This document shows positions 26,701-38,682 of a DNA stretch of 64,000 nt, piece by piece (the stretch's first letter is position 1; each line of letters opens with the position of its first letter). Made by a program: the position numbers and the translations under genes. Origin of the DNA: Azolla caroliniana (lineage: Eukaryota > Plantae > Polypodiophyta); assembly GCA_043228905.1 (NCBI GenBank), contig JBHGNT010000003.1, positions 12,710,001-12,774,000 of the forward strand. Direction: 5' to 3'. The notes under the pieces were generated by a model. The model ran no database searches, was not told the DNA's origin, and saw nothing but the letters and a program-made list of their open reading frames with translations.

Positions 26701-27599
26701 TGAATGGGTTAGTGGAGTCCATGAACAAGACCTTACAGACCATAATGAAAAAGATCGTGAATGAGAATAGAACAGATTGGGATACCAAGTTGCACAACGC
26801 CTTGTGGGCATATCAGACGAGTTACAAAACTAGCGTATAGTCCACACCTTTCCGGCTAGCATTTGGGTTAGAAGCCGTAATGCCCATCGAATTCCAGGTG
26901 CCCAAGTTGAGAATTCAAGTACGAGACCGATTGTCAGAAGACAAGTCCGAGAAAATACAGCTACAACAACTTCTTGAATTAGCCGAGGCTCGGGTCCATA
27001 GTATGGCCATACTCGAGCAAGAGCAACAATGGCGTAAAGCATTCGTGGATTGACATCAGGGCACAAGGGAGAAATGCTTTGCAGTTGGGAAGGCCGTATT
27101 AGTCTTTCAAACACGCATGGGTCAAATGGCAGGTAAGTTACGGTTCCGCTGGAATGGGCCGTATTGGATAGTTGGAGTGGAAAATGGCACCTTCCAATTG
27201 GGTACCCTCGTTGGAGTTATACTTCGCCAAAAAGTGAATGGGTTCCAATTAAAACCTTATCTGGGACCTACGCCTCCGAACCCGTTTCATAACGTAATTG
27301 ACACGGTAGAGAGGTCCCTATACTAATCAGTAGCTGGGACCCACGTGTAATAAAATGTAACAGTAATATTGTGCTTTAAGAAAAAAGAAAAAAGAAAAAA
27401 AAGAGAAGATAGTCACGACTATTAAAAGGTCTTTATGCATGCACAAACTTCAAGATCAAGCACACGTGGCACCACGATGTCACACAGGCCAATGATGCAC
27501 ACAATAGAAAACAAATTAACTCTTCTCGCCCTCCTTGCTCCCCACCATACCACGGAGTCCACGATCACCGTAGTTTGAGAGCTTCACCTATTCTACATG

Positions 27600-30059
27600 A
27601 GCCTCTTCCACCCACGACCTATGTACGACTGGGGGGAAACACTTCGACATCCCCACTACAGAAACTCTAGAAGAATATTTTCGGGAATACTCTGTATCAG
27701 CCAAGGCATACAAAATGAAAGTCATCCTGAACCCATTCTTTCAGGAGATAGCCAAGTTCCTACTTGAGGTCGGTTGCGGGCACGTCAACACGTACAGGAT
27801 GCCGAAACAGAAGGCTGGCGTTATCATTGATACGTTCGAAGGGTGCACAGTACATTAGGGAGTGATTACAAGACCACTGCTAAGAGAGGTCTTGCACGCA
27901 TACCAGGCCGGCAAAAGGTTAAGGCCGATTATACAACAATACCTTACAATATTGTTTCCGCCTCGCGGTCGGCCTGCCCCACTGGGCCAGTAAACCTACG
28001 CCTCTGCAACGATCCCCGAAACGACGGTTATCGGAATTGGCAACCACGGAAAGGGAAGAGGAACCACAACCTTCCCACTCCGTAGCGCAATCATTGCAAC
28101 CGGAACAACAAACAAGGCCAGTCAAAGCACCAACAACAACGATTGTGCAAGAAACGGAATAGAACCACGAAAGCCTCAAGCCAAAACGGCGAAGATTACA
28201 TCAGAAGGATGGCCGCGGACTGGTCAAAGACACGACCGCACCAGTCGACACTTCTGCCCCTACGGAGCACATAACTACATTGGAGATAATCCGGGAACCA
28301 CAGTCGATCATTACAACTCAATCGCAGCGTGGCAAAGGAGTGCTCACAGTGGAAAGCGAAATCCTCAAGTATTTAGACATCCCGGATACGGCCCATGAGT
28401 TCGGCGCACTGTTACAGTTTGGGACAACTTACGAACTCATGGAATTTTTGGCGACACAACAGATCAAGGTGTCCTAGACAATGGTCGAGGAGCACGCAGA
28501 ATAGCAAATGATTGAGCGTGCGCTGACGAGAATGGCGGAAAACGACGATGACGGACCCCTCGCCAAGATAGGCAGACAACAGACCGCAGAGATTCGCTGC
28601 ATGGGCATTGAAATAACAACATTGAATACGGTCCTCGTCGAAGTACATACGGAGTTGGCCACAGTGAGTATGGGAGCCAAAGATATGGCTATCAAAAATA
28701 AGAATGTCTGGAAAACAATCAAGTTGACTCAAACCCAACTACAGAAGGCCCAAGAGCGTGTTGTGGAATTAGAACGCAACACAACTATGGCACAAAAAAA
28801 CCCCGGACTGGCATCCAGCGATGATGCAACGACGACTTTACGGGAGGAGATCGAAGCACAAACCATCATCGCCGCAAAAGCAAAAAGAGTTACGTAGTTA
28901 GCCGAGTCCGAGATTGACTGCCTCCGCGCGGAACTGCGCCAATCATCAGACAGAGAAAAGGATGTCCGGGCAAAAGGATGAAGGGCAGTGAAAGCACTGG
29001 AGGATAAGCTCGAGGCGGAGACAGCAATGCATACCCGCACAAAAGAAGAAAACAGGAAGCTGCGTGAGGAAGCCCAAAAGATAGAAGTCGCTATCACGAG
29101 ACTCCGAGATTTATTGGAATGGAAGAAAGCATGGTACGATGATCAGCTCATGTGGGAACGGGAACTGAAGCATCAGGTAGAAGTCCGCCTAAACAATGAA
29201 ATGGGCCAGCTCAAGGAACTACACTTGAAAGAATCCTAGTTATTGACGAAGATGAAGAGCCTCTATGAGGAGATGGCTACGGGCAATAAGTGTAAAATCG
29301 AAAACCTAAAGAAAGCCCTGGACGAAGCACAAACCCGCTCCCAAACAATAACGGACCATGTACGCGTCCTTCTTCAAACAAATCGTGAGCGGTTTACGCC
29401 ACAGTTGAAAGCGGCATTGGACAAAGGATGGACGGCGTGGGCAATGCAAGCAGCAAAATTGCACACCCACTAGGCGGACTGGGAGAACGAACAAAAGGAA
29501 GGCAGAGGCTTCCACAAGCTCAATGAGGAAAGTGGCAGTACGCGAAGACCTCGCACAAGACTATAGCACGTTAGCTTACCAGCACTCTAAAGAACTCACG
29601 CAGTTGTTGGAAGATTTCGGGGAAAATCAGGAAGACATTTTCTGTCGGCTAAAGGAGATTAACAGCGAACAACAGAGGATGGAGACGATTGTGGTACCAC
29701 AGAGTGATTTCACCGAACAAGATGAGCCTCAGCCCAATTCGAACAACCCACCAGAGGTGACCACTACGCCTGTCAACACTATGGAAGAAACGGACAGGGA
29801 AGAGCCCCGTCTGACCACTTGCCCACAGACTGAAGAGCCCACACCAGAACCCAGGAGGAATGATCCGGACATCGAACCAACTAAGTCGGTCCTGATCACA
29901 CGAAGTACAGATGACAACATGGGAACTCACACACCGGCCAAACGTGGTGAAGTGGACGACACGCAATTGGAGGAGCCGGTCGAGCAGAACAACGAAGTAC
30001 CTACAGACGTCACGCCGCTTCCGGATGGAGCCGAACATCCTGGACATTTTGAACGATGA
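27600..30059 (+). pseudogene. Decayed extra ORF downstream of pol (coiled-coil rich, acidic/Pro-rich C-terminus)
   Basis: ORFs starting at 28280, 28508, 28988 and 29243 are all in one frame, separated by in-frame stops; 29523-30059 follows in a shifted frame; E/K/L/A-rich heptad-like composition. 5' boundary uncertain. Confidence 0.7.
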
Positions 30060-30566
30060 GTAGAGGGACATGTCCGACGTGCCATGGCACTATCCCACAT
30101 GCATGCCAAGTGTTGTCCGCCAGACCTAACGCTTAGACGAGTAGAATATATTATTATAAGCGTTAAAGAAATGCATGTAACAGTTCACGCTAAGAGTGTA
30201 ACGGACTAAAAGCCCTGTGTATATAAAGGGCGGAATTCCTCTATAAAGAGCTAGCATGTATTTGGGGGAGCTACCTTTTGTAATACAATACTATCTTCTT
30301 TGATTCCCGTGTCTTTGTAAGTCTTCTTCTGATTTGGTGTAGTACTCTATTGGTAACTGTGGGCTAGTAAGCGTAGGGTAAGTGTGTATATAAGATCACG
30401 CACTGGTGAGCTTTAGTTGTAGCCGTCTCCCTTCACGTCTAGACGATACGCTATGCTTTGTCAGCCTATTACTCTTCGCACACCTATGGATCTATTCCTT
30501 GCACCACAATCACCTTGAAATCTACCTCGAAGGATTGAGAGTAGACATTGTTCCTAATCAGTAACA

Positions 30567-31284
30567 GTGTGCCAGCTGTAGTTGTCGATGAAGGAGATGA
30601 AGTATCGACTCCCGCTGAGATTAACGTTCTGTGTCGGTCCCCATACATCTGAATGTATTAAATCGAGCTTGTTACGACTCCGGTTTCTTTCGGTGGGGAA
30701 TGGAAGCCAGTAAATTTTGGCAAACCGAAAACAACTTGTTTTGATTGGAGGTCTTGAAACCTCCGGTAGTTGACGTGGCCAATCCGCTTATGCCAGAGAT
30801 CGATGTCAAATTCAATCTTCTGTCCTTTGGCAGACATGGCGGTGCCTACGTCATTTGTGTTGAGGATGAACATCCTCCCTTCCCTATGCCCTTGCGCGAT
30901 TATCCATCCTTTTGTCCAACATGGCTTAAAGGGACTTCTCCAACATGCACAATCGAGTGAGGCGTGTCTTCTCCAGTTTCGACAATCCCCGGTTGTTCTG
31001 GATTTTCCAAAAAAGAGAACCGCTCTTCATGGCTTGTCATGTGGTTGGACACTTCAGAATCAACGTACCATACTTCCTCCGATTTGGAAGTAGTCTTCTT
31101 CATCGAGTTAACCTTGGCCCTTCAGCGGTCTTCCCGGTTTTGGATCCTTCTTATCCTTCTACGTAGTGCGAGCTTTGCCTATTTTCCCGACCAGCCTTAC
31201 CGGATCCGGATTTGTCCGAATCAGCGCGCTTCTTCTAGCACTCACTTTCCCTGTGCCCCTTTTCGCACAATACCAGCATTCCGT
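30567..31284 (-). mobile_element. Ty1/Copia copy 1, continuation (gag-pre-integrase, protease, Zn knuckle)
   Basis: DLWHKRIGHVN; VWYVDSEVSNHMT; ECWYC. Joins 20681 once the Gypsy insertion is removed. Confidence 0.88.
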
Positions 31285-32581
31285 TGTCGCGAAAATACGA
31301 CGAGGATACGTGAACGTTGAGGCAAGACCCTGAGGCCTTTGACTAGAGGATATAAAATTCATGTATTTATGTACTAAGAATTAACCAAAATGAGAAAGAT
31401 TAACAAATGTCATTAACAAGTAGAAAGAAAGATTAGAATTAATCCCAAAATTGGGATTACAAAAAGTTTGCTAATGGAGATAGCTAGACTAATAGATTAG
31501 AAGAAATGGGATATGCATTTTAATTAGAATATTAGGGTTTTTAGCTTCAATTCGAAAATGAGGGTTTTTGAGTTGTATGGCTTTGATTAGAAAATTAAGG
31601 TTTACTTGAGAGATATGGCTTCGATAAGATAGGGGAGCTCCAAAGGAAAAGAACAAAAATTAAGATAATATGGAGAGAGCATGAGTGTAGGAAAAAAAAT
31701 GGAATTTTATATGGAGTTCTCCCTTGATCATCTGCATGTCCACTTTTTGTTGCATGGCCTCTACTTTTAGTTGCTTAGCTTAGTTGCATCTAATTTTAGT
31801 TGCATGGCTTTTTCTTTTAGTTGCATGCGATCGTCCACATGACCTTTACTTTTTGTATGCACTCCAACTTTAGTTGCTTGCGTCCACATGGCCTTTACTT
31901 TAGTTCTCTTCACTTTACTTTAGTTTGTTGCATGATCCAATCTTCCGTCCGTCCGCGTCCAACCTCGTCCGGTAGCCAGTTCCACCCGATCGCCGAATCC
32001 CTCGCCGGCCGGTTCCATTTTGCTTGCCGGCCGGTTCTGGTTTGCTTGTTGGTTCCGGTTCCGATTTTGCTTACCGGCCGGTTCCGGTTTGATTGCCGAC
32101 CGGTTCCCGTTCCCGTTCCGGTTTGCTTGCCAACCGGGTTCAGTTCTGGTTCCGATTTTGCTTATCGGCCGATTTCCGGATTCCGGTTTTGCTTACCAAC
32201 CGGTATTCGGTTTCCATATCGGCCGGTTTCCGGATTTGTATACCGGCCAGTTTTCGGATTTGCTTATTGGCCGGTTTTCGGTTTGCATACCGGCTGGTTT
32301 CCAGATTTGTTTACCGACCGATTTCTGGTTTTTGGGAACTTGGCCACCATCATCCATCAAGACAAAGTGCTCAAAGTGCTGTTAGCACAAACAAAAAATG
32401 AGGGAGCTCAAAGTGCTTATATAGCCAGGGCCTTAAGTTTCCTATCTATGTGGGATACTTCAAAATTATATTTTCCCTATCTTCTCAAGCTTCATCTCCA
32501 CCTGACTTGATATGTGGTTGTCTATTTTATATGTAGTAAAATGCGTTTTGAAGCTCTTGAGTACATCCATATTTCTATAAT
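31285..32581 (-). mobile_element. Second, diverged and truncated family C LTR
   Basis: Starts tgtcgcgaaaatacgacgagg, the reverse complement of the 23756 terminus; same minisatellite at ~32005-32335; cut by the Copia LTR at 32582. Confidence 0.8.
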
Positions 32582-34395
32582 TGTAAACGATTACTTGCGG
32601 AAGCGTTAGAAAATAGAGAAAGTAGGGAATACACAAAGTACACAGGAGAGACAGAGAAAGAGCAGAACGTAAAAGCTATATTCAAAACGATATATTCACT
32701 CTCTATCCTACAACTGTGCTCAGTAGCACTATTTATACAAGTCCTCATGGAACTGACAGAAGAACCGCGTACTTCAATGCTCACACGAGCTTCTAACACT
32801 TACTACGAGACTATAATTGCCTAGTAGTCTAAACTAAAACTAGGCTTCCGGTTACCGATTGGATCCGGCTAACCGGCTCCCCAGCTCACCGGCTCTGTTC
32901 CTTGCCGGCTTAGTGGTTCACGGATTACCGATCCTTCTCGATTTCCGGCTCAGGCTTACTCAACCGATCCATCTCCAGTTGAGCTTGCCGCTCAACGCTC
33001 CCCCTCATGCTCAACTTGAGGTTGGATTCTAGTGTCAGTCTCTATGGCAGTCGGTTCTTCCAACCGACTTCTTCTGGCGTCGCTCCGCCTTGCTCACACT
33101 CCTCGTCCGGTCCGGTTCTGTTTGCCGCAACCCCTCTTGTTCTGCGCGCCTCGACCTTCTCGGTCGGTATGTCTGCTCAATAGGCCCCTCTGAGCTCCTT
33201 CACTGCTATGACTCCGGCGCTTATCGATCCGTCGGCTCCTCCACGATGGCATCGACTTCCACTGCATCCATGTCTGCTTGGCCTTGAATTGATCCGGTAC
33301 TTCCGAATCTGTCTTTTGAACCGAATCGACTGTCTCTGATTCGTTCCAGCTCTTGTCTGAATCGATTGCTCCCGATTCGTCTTCTGGTTCCAAGCCCTTT
33401 ACCACATCAGACCATGCCCAGGTCTTGGCCTTCTTCCTTCGGTCGGCTCTGTCCTTCTTGACATTGCCGCCTTCTGTTCTTCCCTCACCGGCGCAATCGG
33501 CAGTCTCTTTGCCTTTGCCCGTTCTCCCCCTCAAGTGTGGCACGTTGAGATGTTGAACACCAAGCATTTCAGTGAAGTGATGCAACTTGTCCGATCCGAG
33601 CGGTTTGGTGAAGATGTCGGCAACTTGCCGATCCATGTGAACATACCAAAGTTCAACCTCACTGCTCAGGACACACTCACGCACAAAGTGATAGTGCACT
33701 TCTATGTGCTTTGTGCAAGCATGGAATACGGGGTTCTTGGCGAGTTGCATGCTGCTGATGTTGTCGCAGTAGACCAGAATCGGGGTTGGGACCTCGATCC
33801 ATAGGTCTTGCAGCAGTCACCGAAGCCAAATGGCTTCACAGGTGGCAAGGGTAGTGCCATGATACTCAGCCTCAGTGCTCGAGAGAGCAACTGTTGGTTG
33901 CTTTTTACTACTCCACGCAACAACCGTGCTACCTAGGGAAAACATGTAACCGGAGGTTGATCGGCAATCTGATGCATCGTTGGCCCAGTCGGCATCCGTG
34001 TAACCGACGAGCTCTTCGGGTATACCTCGCTAGTATAACAGTCCCCGGTCCTTCATGCCGATGACATACTGCAATATCTTTTGCGCGCACTAAAGGTGCT
34101 CCACGGTCGGCTTCTGCATGAACTGACTTATCATTCCGACTGGATAGCTGATGTCAAAACCGTCGCTCGTTGCAGGCCGGTCCGGAGTTGGGACGAAGCT
34201 TCTAGTTCCGGTCCAAGGGTGTGGATACAGGTCGGCATTCTGTCATGCCAAACTTGTACAGCATATTCAAGACGTAATGTCGTTGTGAGAGCAATATGCC
34301 GTCCGGGGTTCAGATCACCTCGATCCCTAGAAAATAATGAAGGTCCCCCAGATCCTTCATCTCAAATGCGTCCGACAAATTGGGACTTGACGCGG
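32582..34395 (-). mobile_element. Ty1/Copia copy 2, 3' part (3' LTR 32582-32997, PPT, RH, end of RT)
   Basis: LTR homologous to 17366-17821; NPVFHACTKHIEVHYHFVRE...ADIFTKPL. Confidence 0.92.
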
Positions 34396-35112
34396 TGTCG
34401 GGGTTGCTACGCCCTTGCGTGTAGAAAGGAGGAGGGACCACGGGGGTCTTGAACCGAAGAACAAGAGAGAGAGAGATAAGAGAGAGAGACCCCGATTACA
34501 CAGAACCGAAGTTCCGATTGCGCAGAACCGACGATTACACAGGGACACGGCCCAACAAACAGAGAACACAAATAAACGCCGACGCAGATGGACGCAACAA
34601 CGAAAGATATGTACTTATGAATGCAAGAAAATAACAGACTAAAGTACTACAACCCTCAGTGGGGCACGAAATAGATACTAACGAAAACGAACAGGGCGGC
34701 GAACAGATGCCGACCCCTGTATGTCGCGACGCACAGAAAGGGGAAACAGGTCGGAGGTGCTGCAGGACGCACTCGGGCGTTCCACGGAACAGCGCAAGCC
34801 TCCTCGAAACCTGCACAGGTACGCGATGGAGCAGAAGACAGAGAGAGCAGGAGTGAGAGAGAGGCTCCGAAATCGGTTCGGCAGCACTTCGTCCTCTCCG
34901 CGGGAGATGTCCGACTTCTATTCTTCCTCTTCCTTTTATAGCCCGTCAAGAGGCCGTTTGGCATTAACTGCATACCAACCGAATCTGCCCACCTAGGATC
35001 CTCGTATGTACCTACTTCGTCCTTAGGTACTTCTTGGCGCGCGTGTGTGTGTAGAGCCGTTTCCCACGCCTTGTTCCTCCGATTCCTCTTGTGGGCGGTT
35101 TTCTTCACGACA
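34396..35112 (-). repeat. 3' LTR of the intact element
   Basis: Direct repeat of 40843-41559; preceded on the minus strand by G-rich PPT-like AGGTGGGGGCGGA (35113-35125). Confidence 0.97.
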
Positions 35113-35184
35113 TCCGCCCCCACCTAACCGCGCATCCGCCGGCATGCGCCAAATTGAGTTGGCACGGAGAAAACCGGCCCGCCT

Positions 35185-38100
35185 TTACTCTTCGCCTGCC
35201 GGCCCTTCCTCGGCCTCGGATCGGTCGTCGCTGCTATCCAGGAGAATCGGGTCAGGTTCGTCGTCGTGCCGCTTCTTGAAAGCTTTGATCCTCTTCCCGG
35301 CCACGGGTATCGCTATTCTCGTTCCGTCGAGTTCCGCCAGATGATACGTCCCGTTGTCGTTGGCGCTCTGTACCGTGTACGGCCCGAACCATCTCCGTGC
35401 GAACTTCCGCGTTGCTCGGTGCTGGTTGTCGAGGCTGCTGTCGTAGACGAGCACCCAGTCACCTTCGTCGATTTTCTTCGGTCGTAGCCGGTGCGTTCGG
35501 TCGAACCGGGCTTTGTTCTTTGTCCTCGCCACCCGGAGCTTCTCCGTAGCCAGTGCCACGTCCTCCGGTCTCCGCTCGAGCTGTCGTATACGTGCGGCCA
35601 ACAACTCCTCCCGGCTCATCTCGTCCCTCCAGTCGACCGTTGCCCACGAGGAGATCGTCCGTTCAATCGGCATGATCGGCTTCTGGCCGAACATGAGCTT
35701 CGTCGGCATGTACCCGGTTACCGAACTGTGCGTGGTCCGGTCTGCCCACAAAGCATAAGGTAGCAACCGCGGCCAGTTACCGACTCGGCCCCCGCATGCC
35801 CGAATCAACGCCTTGACGATCGGTCCGTGTCCGCGCTCCACCTTGCCATTCGCCTCCGGATTGTACGCAGTGGTGAGCGAGAGCTTGACTCCAAGCCGGT
35901 CGAACAGCTCCGCGGCCTCTTCGGCGTCCAACTCCCCTCGGTCAGCCACGATCTTCCCGACGCACCCGTACCGGCATATCACGTCCTCGACTAGGAACCG
36001 ACACACGGCCGCGGTCGTCTTGTTCTGAAGGGCTCGGCCTTCCACCTGGTTCGTCAGGTCTTCCCGCGCTAGGACCAGATACCGCATCTGTCCTACCCCC
36101 ATCGGCATCGTCACCAGATCTACCATCCATTTGAAGTGGATAGTCGGAGGGTACGTAGGGTGAAGCCCGTCCCGGTGTCGGACTATCGAGTGCATCTGAC
36201 AACTCTCGCAAGTTGACACGAACCGATGCACGTCCCGGTACAATCCCGGCCACCAGTACTTCCCCTTCAGCTTCTCAAACGTCGCCCACGTTCCACGGTG
36301 TCCAGCCCAAGGGCTGTCGTGGTAGGCCGCCAGTAGCTCCTCCTGTTCTTCCTTCATCGCCACCACCCGGAGCGGGACGCCGTTCCTCTTCTTCGGGTGC
36401 TTCCACAAATGCCCATCTCGGAGAAGGAATCGATATGCTTTCTTCCGGATCCGGTTGGCCTCGTCCTTCGTCCATGACGCATCGGGCGTCATTGTCTTCA
36501 AAAACCCGCCGATCTGCAGCCACTCCCCGTCGTACTTGCTCGCGTCGAACTCGTTAAGCGCCGGAGTGCTCATCCCGTCGGTCGTTATGTATGCCGCCTC
36601 GAAGAAATCCACGCCGACTTCTTCGTCTTCCGAAACCATGCCGCCCTCGTCGTCGAACCTCGCCCTCGAAAGCATGTCGGCCATGGCGTTGTCTTTCCCG
36701 GAAAGGTGTCGTATTTCCGGGTCCAGGGACTTGATGTACGCTATCCACCTGAGCATCGCCAGGTCCGGAGTCGCGCATCCGGAAACCATTCCGAGAATCG
36801 GCAGGCAATCCGTCTCGATGATCACTTCTGTCCCTATCAGGTAGTCTTTGTCGGCCTTAACCGCCGAAACAATACCCCAGAGTTCGCGTTTAACCTGGGC
36901 GTATCCTCGCTGCCGTTCACTGAGGACCTTCGCGCCGAATCGGATCGGAAACCGATTGCCGTCCTCGTCTTCCTGGTTCACGACCCATCCGATCCCGGTC
37001 GGACTGGTATCCACCGTTATGAATACCGGGGTACCCTTCCCGTATACCGCCTTCCGGAGTGCCGGTGCCGCTGCAAGGGCCTCTTTCAGCTTCCGGACCG
37101 ATTCCGCGTGCTCGTCTAGCCATTCGAACCTTCGCCCCTTTTTCAGCAACCCGTACAGTGGCTCCGCGACGTGTGCGTAATGCGGGATCCATATGTGATA
37201 GAACGCGCATGCCCCCAGGAATCTCCGTACTTCCGTGACCGAGCTGCAGTCGGGCTTCATCGCGGAGATGGCTTCTACCTTTGCCGGAGACGGTTTCCGG
37301 CCATATGGTCCGCACAGGTGTCCGACCACCATGATTTCTGACTGCCCGAAGGCCGACTTCTCCCCGGAGAAGGTGAGTCTCGCATCCTCTAGCCTTTGCA
37401 GTACCTTCTCGCAGTCGTCGATGTGCGTCGCCACGAATCGCCGGCATCCGTCCGGCCCGATCGTCTCGCCCTTTTCTTCCACCGGGCATCCCTTGATCGG
37501 GATGTCGTCCAGAAATGGCATGGTGATGTCCGGGATGCAGTCCCTCAGAACCTTGTTCATCGCATTCACCATGTGGGCCACCGAGTTGGTCCCTCCTTGC
37601 GGCAGTGTACACATCCGAACTAGGCCGAGGGGAGTTCGCATCGTCGTAATGTCTCTGCTCTCCACGGCAAGCTGGAACTGGTCGTACCCTGAGTATAGAT
37701 CCCCGACCGAGTAAATTGACCTTCCGGCGAAGGCCTCCGCGAACTCGTCTATGGTCGGCCCGATCCCTGCGTTCCGAATGGTCACTCGATTGACCGGCTG
37801 CAGGTCCTGGATGAAGCGCAACGAACCGTTTTTCTTCGGTACGGTAAACCATCGATTCGAATATGGGGCGCTCGACGGCTCGAGAATTCCCATATCAACT
37901 TTCTGCCTCAGCAGCTCCATCAACTTCGGGATGTGAGCTCTCGGAACCGGGATTGGCTTGAGATTCCATGGTACATGCGGTACCGTGAAAATCACCATCG
38001 GCTCCACGATCGTCGGGTCAACGCACCCGATTTCCTCCGGCGAGAATGCGAAGGCTTTCCCGTGCCTTCCGAGCATTCTCCGAAACCGGTCTTCCTCCGC

Positions 38101-38682
38101 CGGCAGTAGGAACCCGCCCCCACCGATTTTGAGCTCTCGGAGCGTCTCGTCGGTGAAGGTGTGCCCTATGCAGGCCGGATCTCGTAGACTAGGGTCCGAT
38201 GCAACCCCTTTGATTCTCGACGCGCTGTCCTCCGGTAAGGGTGCCGCGACTGGCCTTACCTTCCGGTCCACAGTCTTGTACTTGGTGCTTACGTGGGCCG
38301 TCCGAACTGACCCGAGCCCTCGACCGAAGTCCGCGATGACTTCGTACATCTCCTCGGAACACACCGGTATCGTCCGGTCTTCGTTAAGGCCTTCTTCGAC
38401 TACCTTTCCCAGCATTCCCAAGGTGTCGTCGAATGAGACCGCCTCCACGGCTCCGTTGATTTCCTCGTCAGGGCCGAGAACTCCGCACGCTCGAAGTCTC
38501 CCCTCCGCCTTTGTCTTCTCTCGGCCGCCGATGCCGACTATCGTACACGCTCCGCTGTCGGAGAACAAAAATTCCCTACCTATGGTACAAGGTTTCTTCG
38601 GTTTTATCGTACAGGTGTGGGGTTTTCCCGGGGTGTCCGGACTGTCGCGGCCCCACGCCTTGGCAGCCCTCTCTAAAAATCC
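35185..38682 (-). CDS. pol: pol ORF: RT - RNase H - integrase, in the -1 frame relative to gag-PR
   Basis: RT (DLYSGYDQ, LPQG, FLDD), RH (TVDTS, KRELWG, ETDC), INT (H..H..CESC, MVD..ADRG..VER, WFGPY). The frame is open from 38688, so the TTG start in the ORF track is unlikely to be used. Confidence 0.93.
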   Translation of the reverse strand, partial: GFLERAAKAWGRDSPDTPGKPHTCTIKPKKPCTIGREFLFSDSGACTIVGIGGREKTKAEGRLRACGVLGPDEEINGAVEAVSFDDTLGMLGKVVEEGLNEDRTIPVCSEEMYEVIADFGRGLGSVRTAHVSTKYKTVDRKVRPVAAPLPEDSASRIKGVASDPSLRDPACIGHTFTDETLRELKIGGGGFLLPAEEDRFRRMLGRHGKAFAFSPEEIGCVDPTIVEPMVIFTVPHVPWNLKPIPVPRAHIPKLMELLRQKVDMGILEPSSAPYSNRWFTVPKKNGSLRFIQDLQPVNRVTIRNAGIGPTIDEFAEAFAGRSIYSVGDLYSGYDQFQLAVESRDITTMRTPLGLVRMCTLPQGGTNSVAHMVNAMNKVLRDCIPDITMPFLDDIPIKGCPVEEKGETIGPDGCRRFVATHIDDCEKVLQRLEDARLTFSGEKSAFGQSEIMVVGHLCGPYGRKPSPAKVEAISAMKPDCSSVTEVRRFLGACAFYHIWIPHYAHVAEPLYGLLKKGRRFEWLDEHAESVRKLKEALAAAPALRKAVYGKGTPVFITVDTSPTGIGWVVNQEDEDGNRFPIRFGAKVLSERQRGYAQVKRELWGIVSAVKADKDYLIGTEVIIETDCLPILGMVSGCATPDLAMLRWIAYIKSLDPEIRHLSGKDNAMADMLSRARFDDEGGMVSEDEEVGVDFFEAAYITTDGMSTPALNEFDASKYDGEWLQIGGFLKTMTPDASWTKDEANRIRKKAYRFLLRDGHLWKHPKKRNGVPLRVVAMKEEQEELLAAYHDSPWAGHRGTWATFEKLKGKYWWPGLYRDVHRFVSTCESCQMHSIVRHRDGLHPTYPPTIHFKWMVDLVTMPMGVGQMRYLVLAREDLTNQVEGRALQNKTTAAVCRFLVEDVICRYGCVGKIVADRGELDAEEAAELFDRLGVKLSLTTAYNPEANGKVERGHGPIVKALIRACGGRVGNWPRLLPYALWADRTTHSSVTGYMPTKLMFGQKPIMPIERTISSWATVDWRDEMSREELLAARIRQLERRPEDVALATEKLRVARTKNKARFDRTHRLRPKKIDEGDWVLVYDSSLDNQHRATRKFARRWFGPYTVQSANDNGTYHLAELDGTRIAIPVAGKRIKAFKKRHDDEPDPILLDSSDDRSEAEEGPAGEE
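38617..38682 (-). promoter_or_regulatory. Putative programmed -1 ribosomal frameshift signal (G_GAU_UUU plus pseudoknot)
   Basis: Heptamer 38682-38676 directly before the gag-PR UAG; 6-nt spacer; stems GGGCUG/CAGUCC and GUGGGG/CCCCAC; conserved at 47210-47273. Confidence 0.8.

Larger units (their letters stand above)
20682..30566 (+). mobile_element. Decayed full-length Ty3/Gypsy non-chromovirus element (same family as 1-5800), RT deleted, with an extra 3' ORF
   Basis: LTRs 20682-21124 and 30111-30566; TSD atgtg/gtgtg; PBS-like tggcacgcttggtgga after the 5' LTR (Arg type, inferred); gag MAFSYPRF with Zn knuckles, PR IIDGGSGVNVI, RH 25417-25863, INT 26078-27290. Confidence 0.92.

Noticed and set aside
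34415-35123. Duplicated small genes identical to those at 40862-41559
   Set aside because: Chance ORFs within the two identical LTRs.
38566-38568. TTG start of the 1127-aa pol ORF
   Set aside because: A bacterial-style start codon; the frame is open further upstream to the slippery site, so frameshift access is more parsimonious.
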